Made by a program: the position numbers and the translations under genes | Origin: a virus | Reading direction: 5' to 3' (one strand) | Virus record (IMG/VR): IMGVR_UViG_3300044677_000044 | Coordinates: 33,019 to 97,018 of that record | Length of the DNA stretch: 64,000 nucleotides | In this document: positions 18,019 through 26,850 of the stretch, one piece after another | How positions within the stretch are numbered: position 1 is the first letter of the stretch | Layout: each line of letters begins with the position of its first letter | The notes under the pieces: model-generated | What the model was told of the DNA's origin: nothing | Seen by the model: the letters and a program-made list of their open reading frames with translations, nothing else | The model's database searches: none

Positions 18019-19668
18019 TCATCTGAAGCCGTGTACGCGCCCGGTGCGGGCCTTCTTCTTCTGCTGTTTGGCCCACTCCGGGGACGCCAGCAGCGTCCGC
18101 CGGGCCATGTCCGCGAGCTGCGTTGCGGCGAACCCGTCGACCTTCTTCGGTGACTCCCGTGACTCCTTGCCGAACGACACGCCCCATCGGTTCGGGCGGC
18201 GCCGCGCGTTCCCGGCGTGCCGGTTGAGGATCGGGTGGTTTGTGTGCGGGACCTGGCCGTCGACGATCCCCTGCACCAGTGCCTCGGTGGCCTTGGTCAG
18301 TTCCTGCTGGTGGCCGCGCATGTCGTAGCCGATCAGCGCCTTCGGGGACGCCTTCGCCAGCAGCTTTTCGCGGTACCTCTCCGACCAGGTGTCAATGTAG
18401 GACTCCCACAGCTTCACGTCCGCGAAGAACGCCCTCACCTGGTACTGGCCGAAGGTGTTCTCGACCAGGTCGTCGACCTGCATCCGGTCGACCTCCCAGC
18501 CCTGGCCGCGCGGGCCCTCAGGGCGCTCCCAGATCCCGATCGGCTGCACGAGCCGGTCCACGAGCCGCATTGCGATCAGCGCGGTCGCGTCGTCGCTCTT
18601 GCCGCCGTCGAAGCCGAGGACGATGTCCTCGCCGGGCTGGAGCCGCATCTCCGAGGCGTTCTTCGCCCACTCCGCAGGGTCCAGGAGCGCGTCCTCCGCG
18701 GCGACCGGCTGGTTCAGCCAGTACCGGCGGGAGTCCGACGGCGCGGACTGCGGGTCCCAGATCTCCGCGACGATCCCGTCCAGATCCATCCACTCTGCGG
18801 CCGGCCCGTACGCCTCCCGCAGCCCCGCGAGGAGTTCGTCCCGGTCGGCCAGGTCGGTGCCGTCCTTGGCCTGCCGGTGGTCGAACAGCAGCCCAGCGGC
18901 CTCGGGGTCACGGATCCGGCCCTCACGAATCGCCTTGAAGTACGTGTGGGTGGCCTCAGCGACCGAGTCCTGACCGGGCTCGTACATGGTGCTGGTCTCC
19001 AGCGCCCACGGCTCGGCCTCCTTGCGCTTGCGGAGGTTCCGGCGCACCGTCTTGTGCATCTCCCGCAGTTCACGGGTGACGTATAGGTGCGTCTCGTCGA
19101 AGACCGCGAAGGTCTCCTTACCGCCGTCCTTCGCCGACGATGATGCGGTCGACGGGGTGATCTCACCACGCTGATGGTGCAGCACGATCCGGCTCGATGA
19201 CGCTGCGGACTTCCCGATGTCGATCCCCGGGAAGTCGTCGGCGGAGTTCTCTACGACGTACTCGAGCATCGTCGAGACGTTGTCGTAGGTGTTCCCGCTC
19301 TGCCCTTCCTCCGTGGCCAGGCATCGGATGAACGGCGACTTCACCGGTCGGCCGACCGGCTCACCGCTGGCGTCCCACCCGGCGAACCGCACCGGGAACA
19401 GCGCCTCGGAGCAGACCAGCATCCCCGCGAGCTCCGACTTCGCCCGGCCCTTCGACCTCGACAAGAACCCGCGCCGGTACACCCGGCGCCCGGTATCCGG
19501 GTTGAGCCGGTATGCCTTGACGACGAACGCGTAGAACTCGTCATCGAGCTCGATCGGCTCGCCGATGACGTCGCCCGGGCCGTGGCACAGGTACGCCTCG
19601 ATGTGCTCCACGATCTGAGGGCCCAGCGACGGGAACTCCCCCTCGTAGTCCGCACCACGCCAGGGCAT
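18019..19668 (-). CDS. terL: Terminase large subunit
   Basis: Walker A-like SRSKGRAKSE, Walker B FAVFDETH, nuclease motifs LGFDGGKSDD and KVDGFAA. Confidence 0.96.
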   Translation of the reverse strand: MPWRGADYEGEFPSLGPQIVEHIEAYLCHGPGDVIGEPIELDDEFYAFVVKAYRLNPDTGRRVYRRGFLSRSKGRAKSELAGMLVCSEALFPVRFAGWDASGEPVGRPVKSPFIRCLATEEGQSGNTYDNVSTMLEYVVENSADDFPGIDIGKSAASSSRIVLHHQRGEITPSTASSSAKDGGKETFAVFDETHLYVTRELREMHKTVRRNLRKRKEAEPWALETSTMYEPGQDSVAEATHTYFKAIREGRIRDPEAAGLLFDHRQAKDGTDLADRDELLAGLREAYGPAAEWMDLDGIVAEIWDPQSAPSDSRRYWLNQPVAAEDALLDPAEWAKNASEMRLQPGEDIVLGFDGGKSDDATALIAMRLVDRLVQPIGIWERPEGPRGQGWEVDRMQVDDLVENTFGQYQVRAFFADVKLWESYIDTWSERYREKLLAKASPKALIGYDMRGHQQELTKATEALVQGIVDGQVPHTNHPILNRHAGNARRRPNRWGVSFGKESRESPKKVDGFAATQLADMARRTLLASPEWAKQQKKKARTGRVHGFR

Positions 19669-19700
19669 CGCTCACCCCCGCCGCAGCACTCCCCGAGGCG

Positions 19701-20171
19701 TCAGCCTGTCGACTCCTGCTCCGCGGCCACGATCCGCAGGTTCTTGCGCCGCGCGGTCACCGACCGCGGTGTCTCTGCGGCAGGTTCAGCCCCGGTCCCT
19801 GGAAGGTTGACCTTCAGCTTCAACCGCATCCGATCCTCGGGGGTGGCCCCAAACTTCGCCGCCCGCAGCCGGACCTCGGACCCGAATTCCCATCTGCCCT
19901 TGGTCCAGAACACATGGTGCAGAAGTGCCGTATCGAGGAGGAAGTCCCAGTCGGTGTCCAGGAACGTGGCCGCCATCGGCGAGTGCCGCCACGTCTCCCA
20001 CCACCTGCGAGTCTGCGGGTGCCAGGTTTCATCGTCCGGGAGCACACCCTCCGGCAGATCAGGGCCGCGCACCTCATCGTCGACGTCGAGCGGGGTCATC
20101 TCCGCGTCCCGCGCTTTCGCATCTCGGGCCCGCGAGCGGGTGCCCTTGGGGGCCATGCCGTGGCCGGCCAT
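19701..20171 (-). CDS. terS: Terminase small subunit
   Basis: WHPQTRRWWETWRHSP...DWDFLLDTA...EVRLRAAKFGATPEDRMRL is a typical actinophage TerS; ATG 20171. Confidence 0.9.
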   Translation of the reverse strand: MAGHGMAPKGTRSRARDAKARDAEMTPLDVDDEVRGPDLPEGVLPDDETWHPQTRRWWETWRHSPMAATFLDTDWDFLLDTALLHHVFWTKGRWEFGSEVRLRAAKFGATPEDRMRLKLKVNLPGTGAEPAAETPRSVTARRKNLRIVAAEQESTG

Positions 20172-20184
20172 GAGCGCCACCCCC

Positions 20185-20787
20185 TCACAGCAGGTCGGCG
20201 ACCACCCCGGACAGGTCGGCGAGCTCGGACGGAGCATCCTCGAACGGCTCGCGGGTGACGGTGATGTAGCGGCCACGGTCGTACAGCTCGATCGCGGTCT
20301 CGCCGCGGCGGATCTTCCGGCCACGCTCCAGGGATCCGCGGCCCCAGATGTGCAGGCCGCTCCCCGAGGGGGACACCTCGATGTACGTGCGGGGCATGCG
20401 GTCGACGATCGCCCGGGCCCACGGCCGGAGTTCACCGTCGATCAGGGCGTGGTCGAGGTCGATGCACATCAGCCGGTCCCCGCCGGTCAGGACGAAGCCC
20501 ATGCCGACGCCGGCCGTTGAGCGGGCCGCGGTCCGGTACGTGCTCCACGTCGACGGGTCGGTCGAGGACGCCGGCCACACCTTGCCCGCGGCCGCGGTCA
20601 GCGGGGCCTTCCGTGCGGAGTACCGCACCCACTGGGCCCGCCTGGTCATCGCCGAAGGCACCGGGTCGGCCGCGCGCTGCCGGCTTCGGCAGGCCGCGGT
20701 GCGGCAGGCGCCGGAGCAGTACCGGGCGTTGTGGGCATGCCGGGCACTGAGGGGGCTCTCGCAGTGCTCGCAGCGGCGCGTCTTCAT
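20185..20787 (-). CDS. Stand-alone primase-polymerase (AEP, NrS-1-like) domain with N-terminal Zn finger
   Basis: CEHC...YCSGAC N-terminus; DPSTWST, GMGFVL, CIDLDH and YIEVSPSGSGLHIW AEP motifs. Confidence 0.8.
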   Translation of the reverse strand: MKTRRCEHCESPLSARHAHNARYCSGACRTAACRSRQRAADPVPSAMTRRAQWVRYSARKAPLTAAAGKVWPASSTDPSTWSTYRTAARSTAGVGMGFVLTGGDRLMCIDLDHALIDGELRPWARAIVDRMPRTYIEVSPSGSGLHIWGRGSLERGRKIRRGETAIELYDRGRYITVTREPFEDAPSELADLSGVVADLL

Positions 20788-20844
20788 GTTGGAGAGCCTA
20801 ACAGGCTGTGTAACGGCAATCCAGCATCTGACCTGCTGTTTCTC

Positions 20845-21211
20845 GATCGAGATTTCCAAGGCCGATCGGGGGTCGGCCGGCGGCCTGGCGAAGGCGCCCG
20901 ACATCAGCGCAGGTCAGACCATGATCATCAGATCCCCAGAGTCGCGCGCACCGCGAGGTGCTAACGTGCCCGATCCTCAGGATTTTTTGATCTTGGGGTG
21001 GCCCCCCAGGGTGATCTTGGCCCGTCGTTTGATCTTGACGAGAGGTTCAGACCACCCATGTTCAATCTTGGACCGGCCGGCCTGGACTCCCCGGAAGTCG
21101 ATCATGCTGGCGTCCGATTGGATCTTGCCAAGGCCGATCACGACCGACTCGCAAGCTCGTTCGATCAGCCGATCAGTGCCACATCACTACGATGATCACA
21201 GCGTGATGATC
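20845..21211. repeat. GATC/ATCTTG-rich intergenic region; probable cos/packaging site
   Basis: 15 GATC in 367 bp, five ATCTTG copies (20990, 21014, 21032, 21065, 21122), central TGGGG-TGGCC-CCCCA inverted repeat at 20994-21008; located between HNH and the terminase genes. Confidence 0.65.
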
Positions 21212-21240
21212 AAGCGCACGTGATGCCCACCAGCCTCGCC

Positions 21241-21549
21241 CTACGACAGCAGGCCCGGGTGCTGCTCGGCCGGCCGGGCGCGGGGTGGCCGTGCGTGTGC
21301 TGCCCTGGATGCTTCGCCTGCGGTCTTCTGGTTGTGGTGCCAGGAGCACAGGGCCCACAGGTTGGTGTCGTCGTCTCCGCCTCCAGCCACGGCGCCGACC
21401 TTGTGGTCCACGTCGGTGGCCGGCTCACCACATGTGCCGCCCGTGAGCATGGGCCACTGGCAGGCGTGGCCGTCGCGCTTGAGGATGCGCCCGCGGATGC
21501 GGTGCCAGCCCTTGGGCAGTGGCGTAGAACGGCGTCCCTGGCTCGGCAC
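21241..21549 (-). CDS. HNH endonuclease (packaging-associated)
   Basis: RILKRDGHACQW...ATDVDHKV...NLWALCSWHHNQKT. Confidence 0.93.
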   Translation of the reverse strand: MPSQGRRSTPLPKGWHRIRGRILKRDGHACQWPMLTGGTCGEPATDVDHKVGAVAGGGDDDTNLWALCSWHHNQKTAGEASRAAHARPPRARPAEQHPGLLS

Positions 21550-21552
21550 GGC

Positions 21553-21810
21553 CTACTGTCCTTCGGCCTGGTGGGCTGCTTGCTCGCCTGGTGCGTGGCC
21601 GGGACGGGCGCCGGTGGCGCGCTGGTGGAGGTTGGAGCAGAGGCCCTTGACGATGCCGGGCTGCACGTACTTGCCGAGCTCCGTGACGCAGCGGTCGAAG
21701 TCGCCCGGCACGCCCCATTCGATCTTGGCTGCGCCGGGTCCGTGTGCCCAATACTCCATGAGGTGTTCGGTGTCGGCGGGGTGGCGCTGTGCGCCGCCGG
21801 TGTCGGCCAT
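21553..21810 (-). CDS. Conserved small actinophage protein
   Basis: YWAHGPGAAKIEWGVPGDFDRCVTELGKY...GLCSNLH motif; good RBS. Confidence 0.65.
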   Translation of the reverse strand: MADTGGAQRHPADTEHLMEYWAHGPGAAKIEWGVPGDFDRCVTELGKYVQPGIVKGLCSNLHQRATGARPGHAPGEQAAHQAEGQ

Positions 21811-21814
21811 GGGG

Positions 21815-22024
21815 TCACCTCGGCTCGGGCGGTGGCGGTTCCTCGGGGAGGTCGTCGGTGCGGATGAGGGAGCGGATGCGGCTGGTGGGGAAGGCTGCGG
21901 CGATGCCGTCGGGGTCGATGAAGGTGGCCCAGCCGTCGGTGAGTTTGAGGGTGAGGGCGTTGTCGTGGATGGTGATGGGCGCGCGTTCGCCGTCGATGGC
22001 GAGGGTGTAGCTGATCACGGGCAC
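21815..22024 (-). CDS. Hypothetical protein
   Basis: 69 aa, coupled to its neighbours, GC3-biased codons. Confidence 0.6.
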   Translation of the reverse strand: MPVISYTLAIDGERAPITIHDNALTLKLTDGWATFIDPDGIAAAFPTSRIRSLIRTDDLPEEPPPPEPR

Positions 22025-22539
22025 TCGGGGGCGGGCTCGCCCGCGGCCTGTGTGGCACGGCTGCGGAGTTGTTCGGAGGTGAGGCCGACGGAGGGCTGGC
22101 TGCGGATGGTGCCGCCGGCGGCGTACGCGGGAGGCTCCCGGTCGGCAGCCAGAGCGCCGAGGGCGGCACCGTCGTTGTACTTGCGGACCTCCCGGTCGGC
22201 GTAGGTCCTGGCGATCCGTTGGGCGCCGGCCAGAGCAGCGCCGAGGCTCTCATCGAAGCCGGTGAGGTCGGGCTCGACCTTGAGGTGTACGACGCCGGCC
22301 GTGACGCTGTCGCCTTCTCCGGTGAGCTCGGTGGCGTAGGCGGGCTCGTTGGCGGGGATGTCGACGGTCTCCTCGAAGGCGAGGATGACGCGAGCTCCCA
22401 TGGCGTCACGGACCGAGCTGTCCAGGCCGAGGCTCGTGCGGAGAGCATCGACGTCCTGCACCTGGTCGATGATGACGGCGAACGGCGATCGCTCGTCGCT
22501 GGCACCTTCGGGGAGTTCGAGGATCTGAATGCGGGCCAT
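22015..22539 (-). CDS. Hypothetical protein
   Basis: 174 aa, tightly packed in the late operon. Confidence 0.65.
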   Translation of the reverse strand: MARIQILELPEGASDERSPFAVIIDQVQDVDALRTSLGLDSSVRDAMGARVILAFEETVDIPANEPAYATELTGEGDSVTAGVVHLKVEPDLTGFDESLGAALAGAQRIARTYADREVRKYNDGAALGALAADREPPAYAAGGTIRSQPSVGLTSEQLRSRATQAAGEPAPECP

Positions 22540-22540
22540 G

Positions 22541-22930
22541 TCAGGCCGCCTTGGGCTGGCTGGTGTGGACGGGCTGCCCGCTGTCGCTGGTGAGCGGCTC
22601 TTCGTCTACGAGGGTGTAGGTCTTGCCGCCGTCGGTGGACATGGCGCGGGGGTCGCGGACGTTTTGCCAGAACGGATTGCCGCCCATCTCCTGCGCCCGG
22701 TCGATCCACTCGGCGGGGTCGTCCGTGAGCGGAGTCAGCGGGCGGTAGCGGAGCAGGTGGTTCAGGTAGTCGGCGGCGATGGGAGCGGAGCCTCCGCTGT
22801 GTCCCATGTCCGCGAAGGCGGCGACGACCTTGCACAGGCCGTCCACGATCCAGGGGTCTTCGCCGCGCAGGGTGAGTTCACGGCGGGCGTGGTCAACGAG
22901 GGGGCTGTCGGTGGTGGTGGCGGTGGCCAT
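22541..22930 (-). CDS. Conserved hypothetical phage protein
   Basis: HARRELTL...FADMGHSGGSAP...PLTPLT motif seen in many phage proteins. Confidence 0.7.
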   Translation of the reverse strand: MATATTTDSPLVDHARRELTLRGEDPWIVDGLCKVVAAFADMGHSGGSAPIAADYLNHLLRYRPLTPLTDDPAEWIDRAQEMGGNPFWQNVRDPRAMSTDGGKTYTLVDEEPLTSDSGQPVHTSQPKAA

Positions 22931-22948
22931 GGGCGCGGGCCTTTCCGG

Positions 22949-23632
22949 TCAGGCGGTCTGGTGGGTGTGCTCGTTGATGAGGGCGCGGATCGCGTCGGGG
23001 TTGCCGGTGGCGTCGACGTAGCGCTGCATGCGCTGGCCTCCGGCGATGTGCTGGGGTGATCCGAGGCCGGATTCGAGGGGGTGCCACAGGTGGGTGATCG
23101 TGCCGGGGTGCTTGGCGGCGGGGCCGAGGAGGGCGTCAGCGGCGGTGCGGAACGCGGTGTCTTCGAAGCCCCAGCCGGTGAACGCCTCGTCCATGCCGCC
23201 CGCCGCCCACCAGGCGGATGGTTGGATGACGAGGACGCCGCCGGTGGCCCATTCGTGGGCCCAGTCGCTCGGGCAGTCGTCGGCGGGCTGCCCTGCAAGG
23301 TAGGCGGCGGTGCCGGCCTGTGACAGGCCGCGGTACCAGGTGTACGGCAGGTGCAGCACGCCGTCGGTGGCGTCCGCGATCGCGGCGTGGAGGGGCTCGG
23401 CCTGGGGCAGGGTGTCGGCGTCGCAGATGACGACGATGTCGGCGCCGGCGGCCTGGGCTTGCCGTACGCCTTCGTTGCGGCTGCCGGCCCGGCTGAACGG
23501 CTCGTGGGCGCTGTCGACATCGAGGTGCAGCGCGTCGGGCAGCAGCGCTGTCAGGTGGGTGCGGACGGTCTCGTGGTGGGCGTTGCGCTCGGGTGTGCCG
23601 GGCCGCCAGGGGATGACGGCGGCGACGGTCAC
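22949..23632 (-). CDS. GT-A glycosyltransferase (GT2/GT7 galactosyltransferase-like)
   Basis: GTG 23632; VIPWR, FSRAGSRNEG, DxD motif CDAD, GGMDEAFTGWGFED (Glyco_transf_7C-like), HLWH. Confidence 0.9.
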   Translation of the reverse strand: MTVAAVIPWRPGTPERNAHHETVRTHLTALLPDALHLDVDSAHEPFSRAGSRNEGVRQAQAAGADIVVICDADTLPQAEPLHAAIADATDGVLHLPYTWYRGLSQAGTAAYLAGQPADDCPSDWAHEWATGGVLVIQPSAWWAAGGMDEAFTGWGFEDTAFRTAADALLGPAAKHPGTITHLWHPLESGLGSPQHIAGGQRMQRYVDATGNPDAIRALINEHTHQTA

Positions 23633-24222
23633 AGGGCCCGCCACAGGCTCCAGGGCCGGTCGTGGTTGTCGAGGCGTTCCATCTTGAGCCGGCCAGCGAG
23701 GTCGTTCTGGCGTTGGCGGTCCCAGGTGGTGACGTCGAGCCAGGCGGCGCCTTCGGCGGGGTCGTCGGAGGTGGGCCAGTCCAGGGCGAGGGTGCCGCCC
23801 TTCTTGACGATGCCGCGCAGGGCGGTGACGAGGTGCTCGCTGGTGGCGTAGTCGTGGTGGATGAGCACGGCGAGGCACACGGCGGCGTCGACTTTGCGGC
23901 GGCCGAAGTGGTCGGTGAAGTTGTCGCCGGTGGACTGGAACGCGGTCAGGTCTGGGTCGTTGGCGGTGAGGGCGGTGAGCATGTGCTCGGAGGCGTCGGC
24001 GCCGGTCACGTCGTAGCCCAGGGCGCGCAGGGCGATGGAGATGCGGCCGTCGCCGCATCCGAAGTCGAGGACCCGGGCGCCGGCGGGGATGTCGGCGGCG
24101 AGGAGGTCGGCTTGTGCGCGGCCGGATGCCCAGTAGGCGTCTTCGGAGATGCCGCGGGTGGGGTGGATGGAGCCGGCGGCTTCGGGCCGGTCCCAGGCGG
24201 CGATGACGTCGGCGGCGATCAT
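23629..24222 (-). CDS. Class I SAM-dependent methyltransferase
   Basis: ATG 24222; RVLDFGCGDGRI, VTGADASEHML, AVLIH motifs. Confidence 0.9.
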   Translation of the reverse strand: MIAADVIAAWDRPEAAGSIHPTRGISEDAYWASGRAQADLLAADIPAGARVLDFGCGDGRISIALRALGYDVTGADASEHMLTALTANDPDLTAFQSTGDNFTDHFGRRKVDAAVCLAVLIHHDYATSEHLVTALRGIVKKGGTLALDWPTSDDPAEGAAWLDVTTWDRQRQNDLAGRLKMERLDNHDRPWSLWRAL

Positions 24223-24809
24223 GCTCGGCTCTCCACTTCGTGCTCGGCGAGCCAGCGCCGTACTGCCTGGTTCTGGTACGCGTCGTTGAGGGCGTTGTGG
24301 AGCCCGGTTTCCTGCTGGGGGAGGTCGGCGTCGGTGAGGCCGAGGCGCTCGATCTCTTGGCGCAGGTCGTGGGTCCACATCGGGACGCCGTCGGGCAGGC
24401 GCATCATCGTTCCCCAGAGTTGGCACAGGGCGACGTGGTCGTAGGCGCCGTAGTCCGCCCACAGTTGGGGCTCGGGGGTGGCTTGGATGAAGTCCCGGAC
24501 CTCGTTGGCGATGACCCAGTGGGGCTTCACTCGGCTGTCGGCCTTGTCGGGGCCGACCATGGATAGTCCCGGCCGCGGGTAGTGGTTCGGGTGGTTGGCC
24601 ACGTAGGTGTCGAGCGTCGTCTTGCCCCTCATGGGCAGGGACGGCAGGACGTTGCGGACGAGCCAGTCGTTCGCCTTGATCCGTTCCCAGTCGGCGTCGC
24701 TGTTGACGGCGTAGTAGGAGCGGCCGTCGTCGGCGGCCATGCCGATCGAGATGATGTCGATCGTGCTGCCGTCCTCCAGGAACTCCAGGTCGTAGTCGAT
24801 GCCCGTCAC
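24219..24809 (-). CDS. DEDD 3'-5' exoribonuclease (Rv2179c/DUF5051-like)
   Basis: IDYDLEF, LWADYGAYDHVALCQLWG, HNALNDA motifs. Confidence 0.85.
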   Translation of the reverse strand: MTGIDYDLEFLEDGSTIDIISIGMAADDGRSYYAVNSDADWERIKANDWLVRNVLPSLPMRGKTTLDTYVANHPNHYPRPGLSMVGPDKADSRVKPHWVIANEVRDFIQATPEPQLWADYGAYDHVALCQLWGTMMRLPDGVPMWTHDLRQEIERLGLTDADLPQQETGLHNALNDAYQNQAVRRWLAEHEVESRA

Positions 24810-26059
24810 ATCTTCCTCCCGACTCGGATGGTGGTGACGCCGGGTTGGTCGGGCATGTAGCCGTGCGGGTCGATGACGACCGATCCGGGGGCGACCGCGA
24901 GGGTGCGGTGGTGTTCGTGGCGGGTGGCGATGACGTAGACGCGGGGCACGTGGGGAAGGTCGAACTCGCCGTCGACGTGGATGTCCTTGTGGTCGACCTC
25001 AAGGCCTCGCTCGCGGAGCTGGTGGGCGAGGAGGAGTGCGGGGCTGCCACCGGTGAGGTCGGAGCCGGGTTTGTACGCCTTGCCGAGGATGGTGATGCCG
25101 AGGCCGGTCTGCTGGGCCCACTGCTCGGTGAGGTCGGCGAGCCATCCGGACTGGGCTTCGCGGGCGCGGGCCATGTAGCCGAGGACGTCGGTGGACAGGT
25201 CGAGGCGCTGTGCGAGCCAGGACATGGCGATGAGGTCTCGGGGGTGGCAGTGGCCGCCGTCGCCCATGCCGCCGCGCATGTATTTCGGGGAGATGACGCG
25301 GTCGGTGGCTGCGGCGAGGGCGTCGGTGACGGCGTCGCAGTCGGCTCCGGTCTTGTGGCAGATCTCCATGAGCGCGTTGGCGATGACGATCTTTGTGGAG
25401 ATGACGACGTTGTACGCGACTTTCGCGAGCTCCGCGGACTCGATGCCCATGACCTGTGCGGGGCGGTCGTGGAGGGTGCGGTGGATGTCCATCACGGGCC
25501 GGGTGTGGGTGGGGTGGTCGGCGCCGAGGAGGACGAACTCGGGGTTGAGGTAGTCGGCGACGGTGGTTCCCATCGCGATGAACGCGGGGGTGTAGACCAG
25601 CGTCGTGAACTGGTTCAGCAGGGGCCGGATGAGGCGGTTCATCGTGCCGGGCAGGCACGTGGAGACCACGGCGACCGTGATGGGCTTGGCCTGCTGGTAG
25701 GCGGCCCGGCACACGTCACGGACGGCTTGGACGAGGAACTGGTACTCGAAGTCCCGCGGTTCGGCCGGCATGGGCTGCTCGCCGCCGTACTCGGGGCTGT
25801 GCGGGGTCTGCACGGCGACGAACACCACGCCGTCGGTTGCCGCGACCGCCCCGGCTGGGGTGGAGGCGAGTTCGAGGTTGGAGCCGGCGAGGAGCGCTTC
25901 GATGCCGTCTTCCTGCGGGGGTGGTGCCTGGCCGCAGAGGATCTCGTTGGGGCGGGTTGAGGGGTCGTAGCCGACGATGTGGTGCCCGCCGTGCTTCTCC
26001 TGGACCAGGGCGCACACGAGGCCGAGTTTGCCGAGGCCGACCCATCCGATGGTGCTCAC
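24806..26059 (-). CDS. UDP-glucose/GDP-mannose dehydrogenase family protein
   Basis: GTG 26059; Rossmann GWVGLGKLG, AVQTP, AELAKVAYN (catalytic Lys), GGMGDGGHCHPRD (catalytic Cys), ILGKAYKPGSD. Confidence 0.93.
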   Translation of the reverse strand: MSTIGWVGLGKLGLVCALVQEKHGGHHIVGYDPSTRPNEILCGQAPPPQEDGIEALLAGSNLELASTPAGAVAATDGVVFVAVQTPHSPEYGGEQPMPAEPRDFEYQFLVQAVRDVCRAAYQQAKPITVAVVSTCLPGTMNRLIRPLLNQFTTLVYTPAFIAMGTTVADYLNPEFVLLGADHPTHTRPVMDIHRTLHDRPAQVMGIESAELAKVAYNVVISTKIVIANALMEICHKTGADCDAVTDALAAATDRVISPKYMRGGMGDGGHCHPRDLIAMSWLAQRLDLSTDVLGYMARAREAQSGWLADLTEQWAQQTGLGITILGKAYKPGSDLTGGSPALLLAHQLRERGLEVDHKDIHVDGEFDLPHVPRVYVIATRHEHHRTLAVAPGSVVIDPHGYMPDQPGVTTIRVGRKM

Positions 26060-26850
26060 GATGCCTCCCGCTTCCTGAGGACGGCGGCGCAGTACCGCTT
26101 CTCGGGGGTGAGGTACGCGAAGCGTTCGATGGTGAACAGGTCGCCGAAGCGCTGCTCGATGCGTGCCTGGTCGTACCAGTCGGCGTATTCGCCGACCTGG
26201 TCGAAGGCCCGGACGAACCGTTCGAGGACCACGGGGTCGGCGGTGACGTCGTCGGGCGGTTCGGTGCCGGTGGCCTGCCGCCATCCGTGGTCGCTGTAGA
26301 CCATGATCCGGGCGATGCCGTTGGGGCGGAGCAGGGTGTGGGCGCGTTCCATGATCTGCCGGGCCCAGGGGATGTGGTGGAGGACTCCGTTGCAGTGGAA
26401 CACGTCGTAGGAGGCGGGGTCGGCTTCGATGTAGGGCGGTTCGCCGAGCGCCCGGTAGATCGTGAGGGGGCGGTCGAGGCGGAGGCGGGGCGGCATCTGG
26501 TCGGCGTAGAGGCTGAGGACGCGGACGGCCAGGTGCAGGTTGTCGGGGCTGATGTCGGCGAGGTCGACCCGGTTCCCTGCGAGGGCGAGTTCGAGGGCTT
26601 CGACGCCGGTGCCGCATCCGAAGTCGAGGATGTCCCTGTCCGCGGGGTCGTCGAGGCCCATGAGGTCGCGCCACAGGTTGTTGTGGTTGCGCCAGCCCGT
26701 GTACCGGGTGGTCCGCATCTGTTCGACCAGCGCCCGCAGTTCGTCGTTGGGCAGTTCGAGGAGGTCCGCGGAGGGGATGTAGCCGACGTCGTCGACGGGG
26801 GGACGGGACCAGGCGGCGGTCTGCCGGTCGAGGAATCCGGGGTCGGTCAC
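26056..26850 (-). CDS. Class I SAM-dependent methyltransferase
   Basis: GTG 26850; ILDFGCGTG, LADISPDNL, CNGVLHHIP motifs. Confidence 0.9.
   Translation of the reverse strand: MTDPGFLDRQTAAWSRPPVDDVGYIPSADLLELPNDELRALVEQMRTTRYTGWRNHNNLWRDLMGLDDPADRDILDFGCGTGVEALELALAGNRVDLADISPDNLHLAVRVLSLYADQMPPRLRLDRPLTIYRALGEPPYIEADPASYDVFHCNGVLHHIPWARQIMERAHTLLRPNGIARIMVYSDHGWRQATGTEPPDDVTADPVVLERFVRAFDQVGEYADWYDQARIEQRFGDLFTIERFAYLTPEKRYCAAVLRKREAS

Noticed and set aside
20845-21211. GATC cluster as a Dam/SeqA-regulated chromosomal oriC
   Set aside because: No DnaA boxes or dnaA; it lies between HNH and terminase genes; a better origin candidate exists at 47019-47129.
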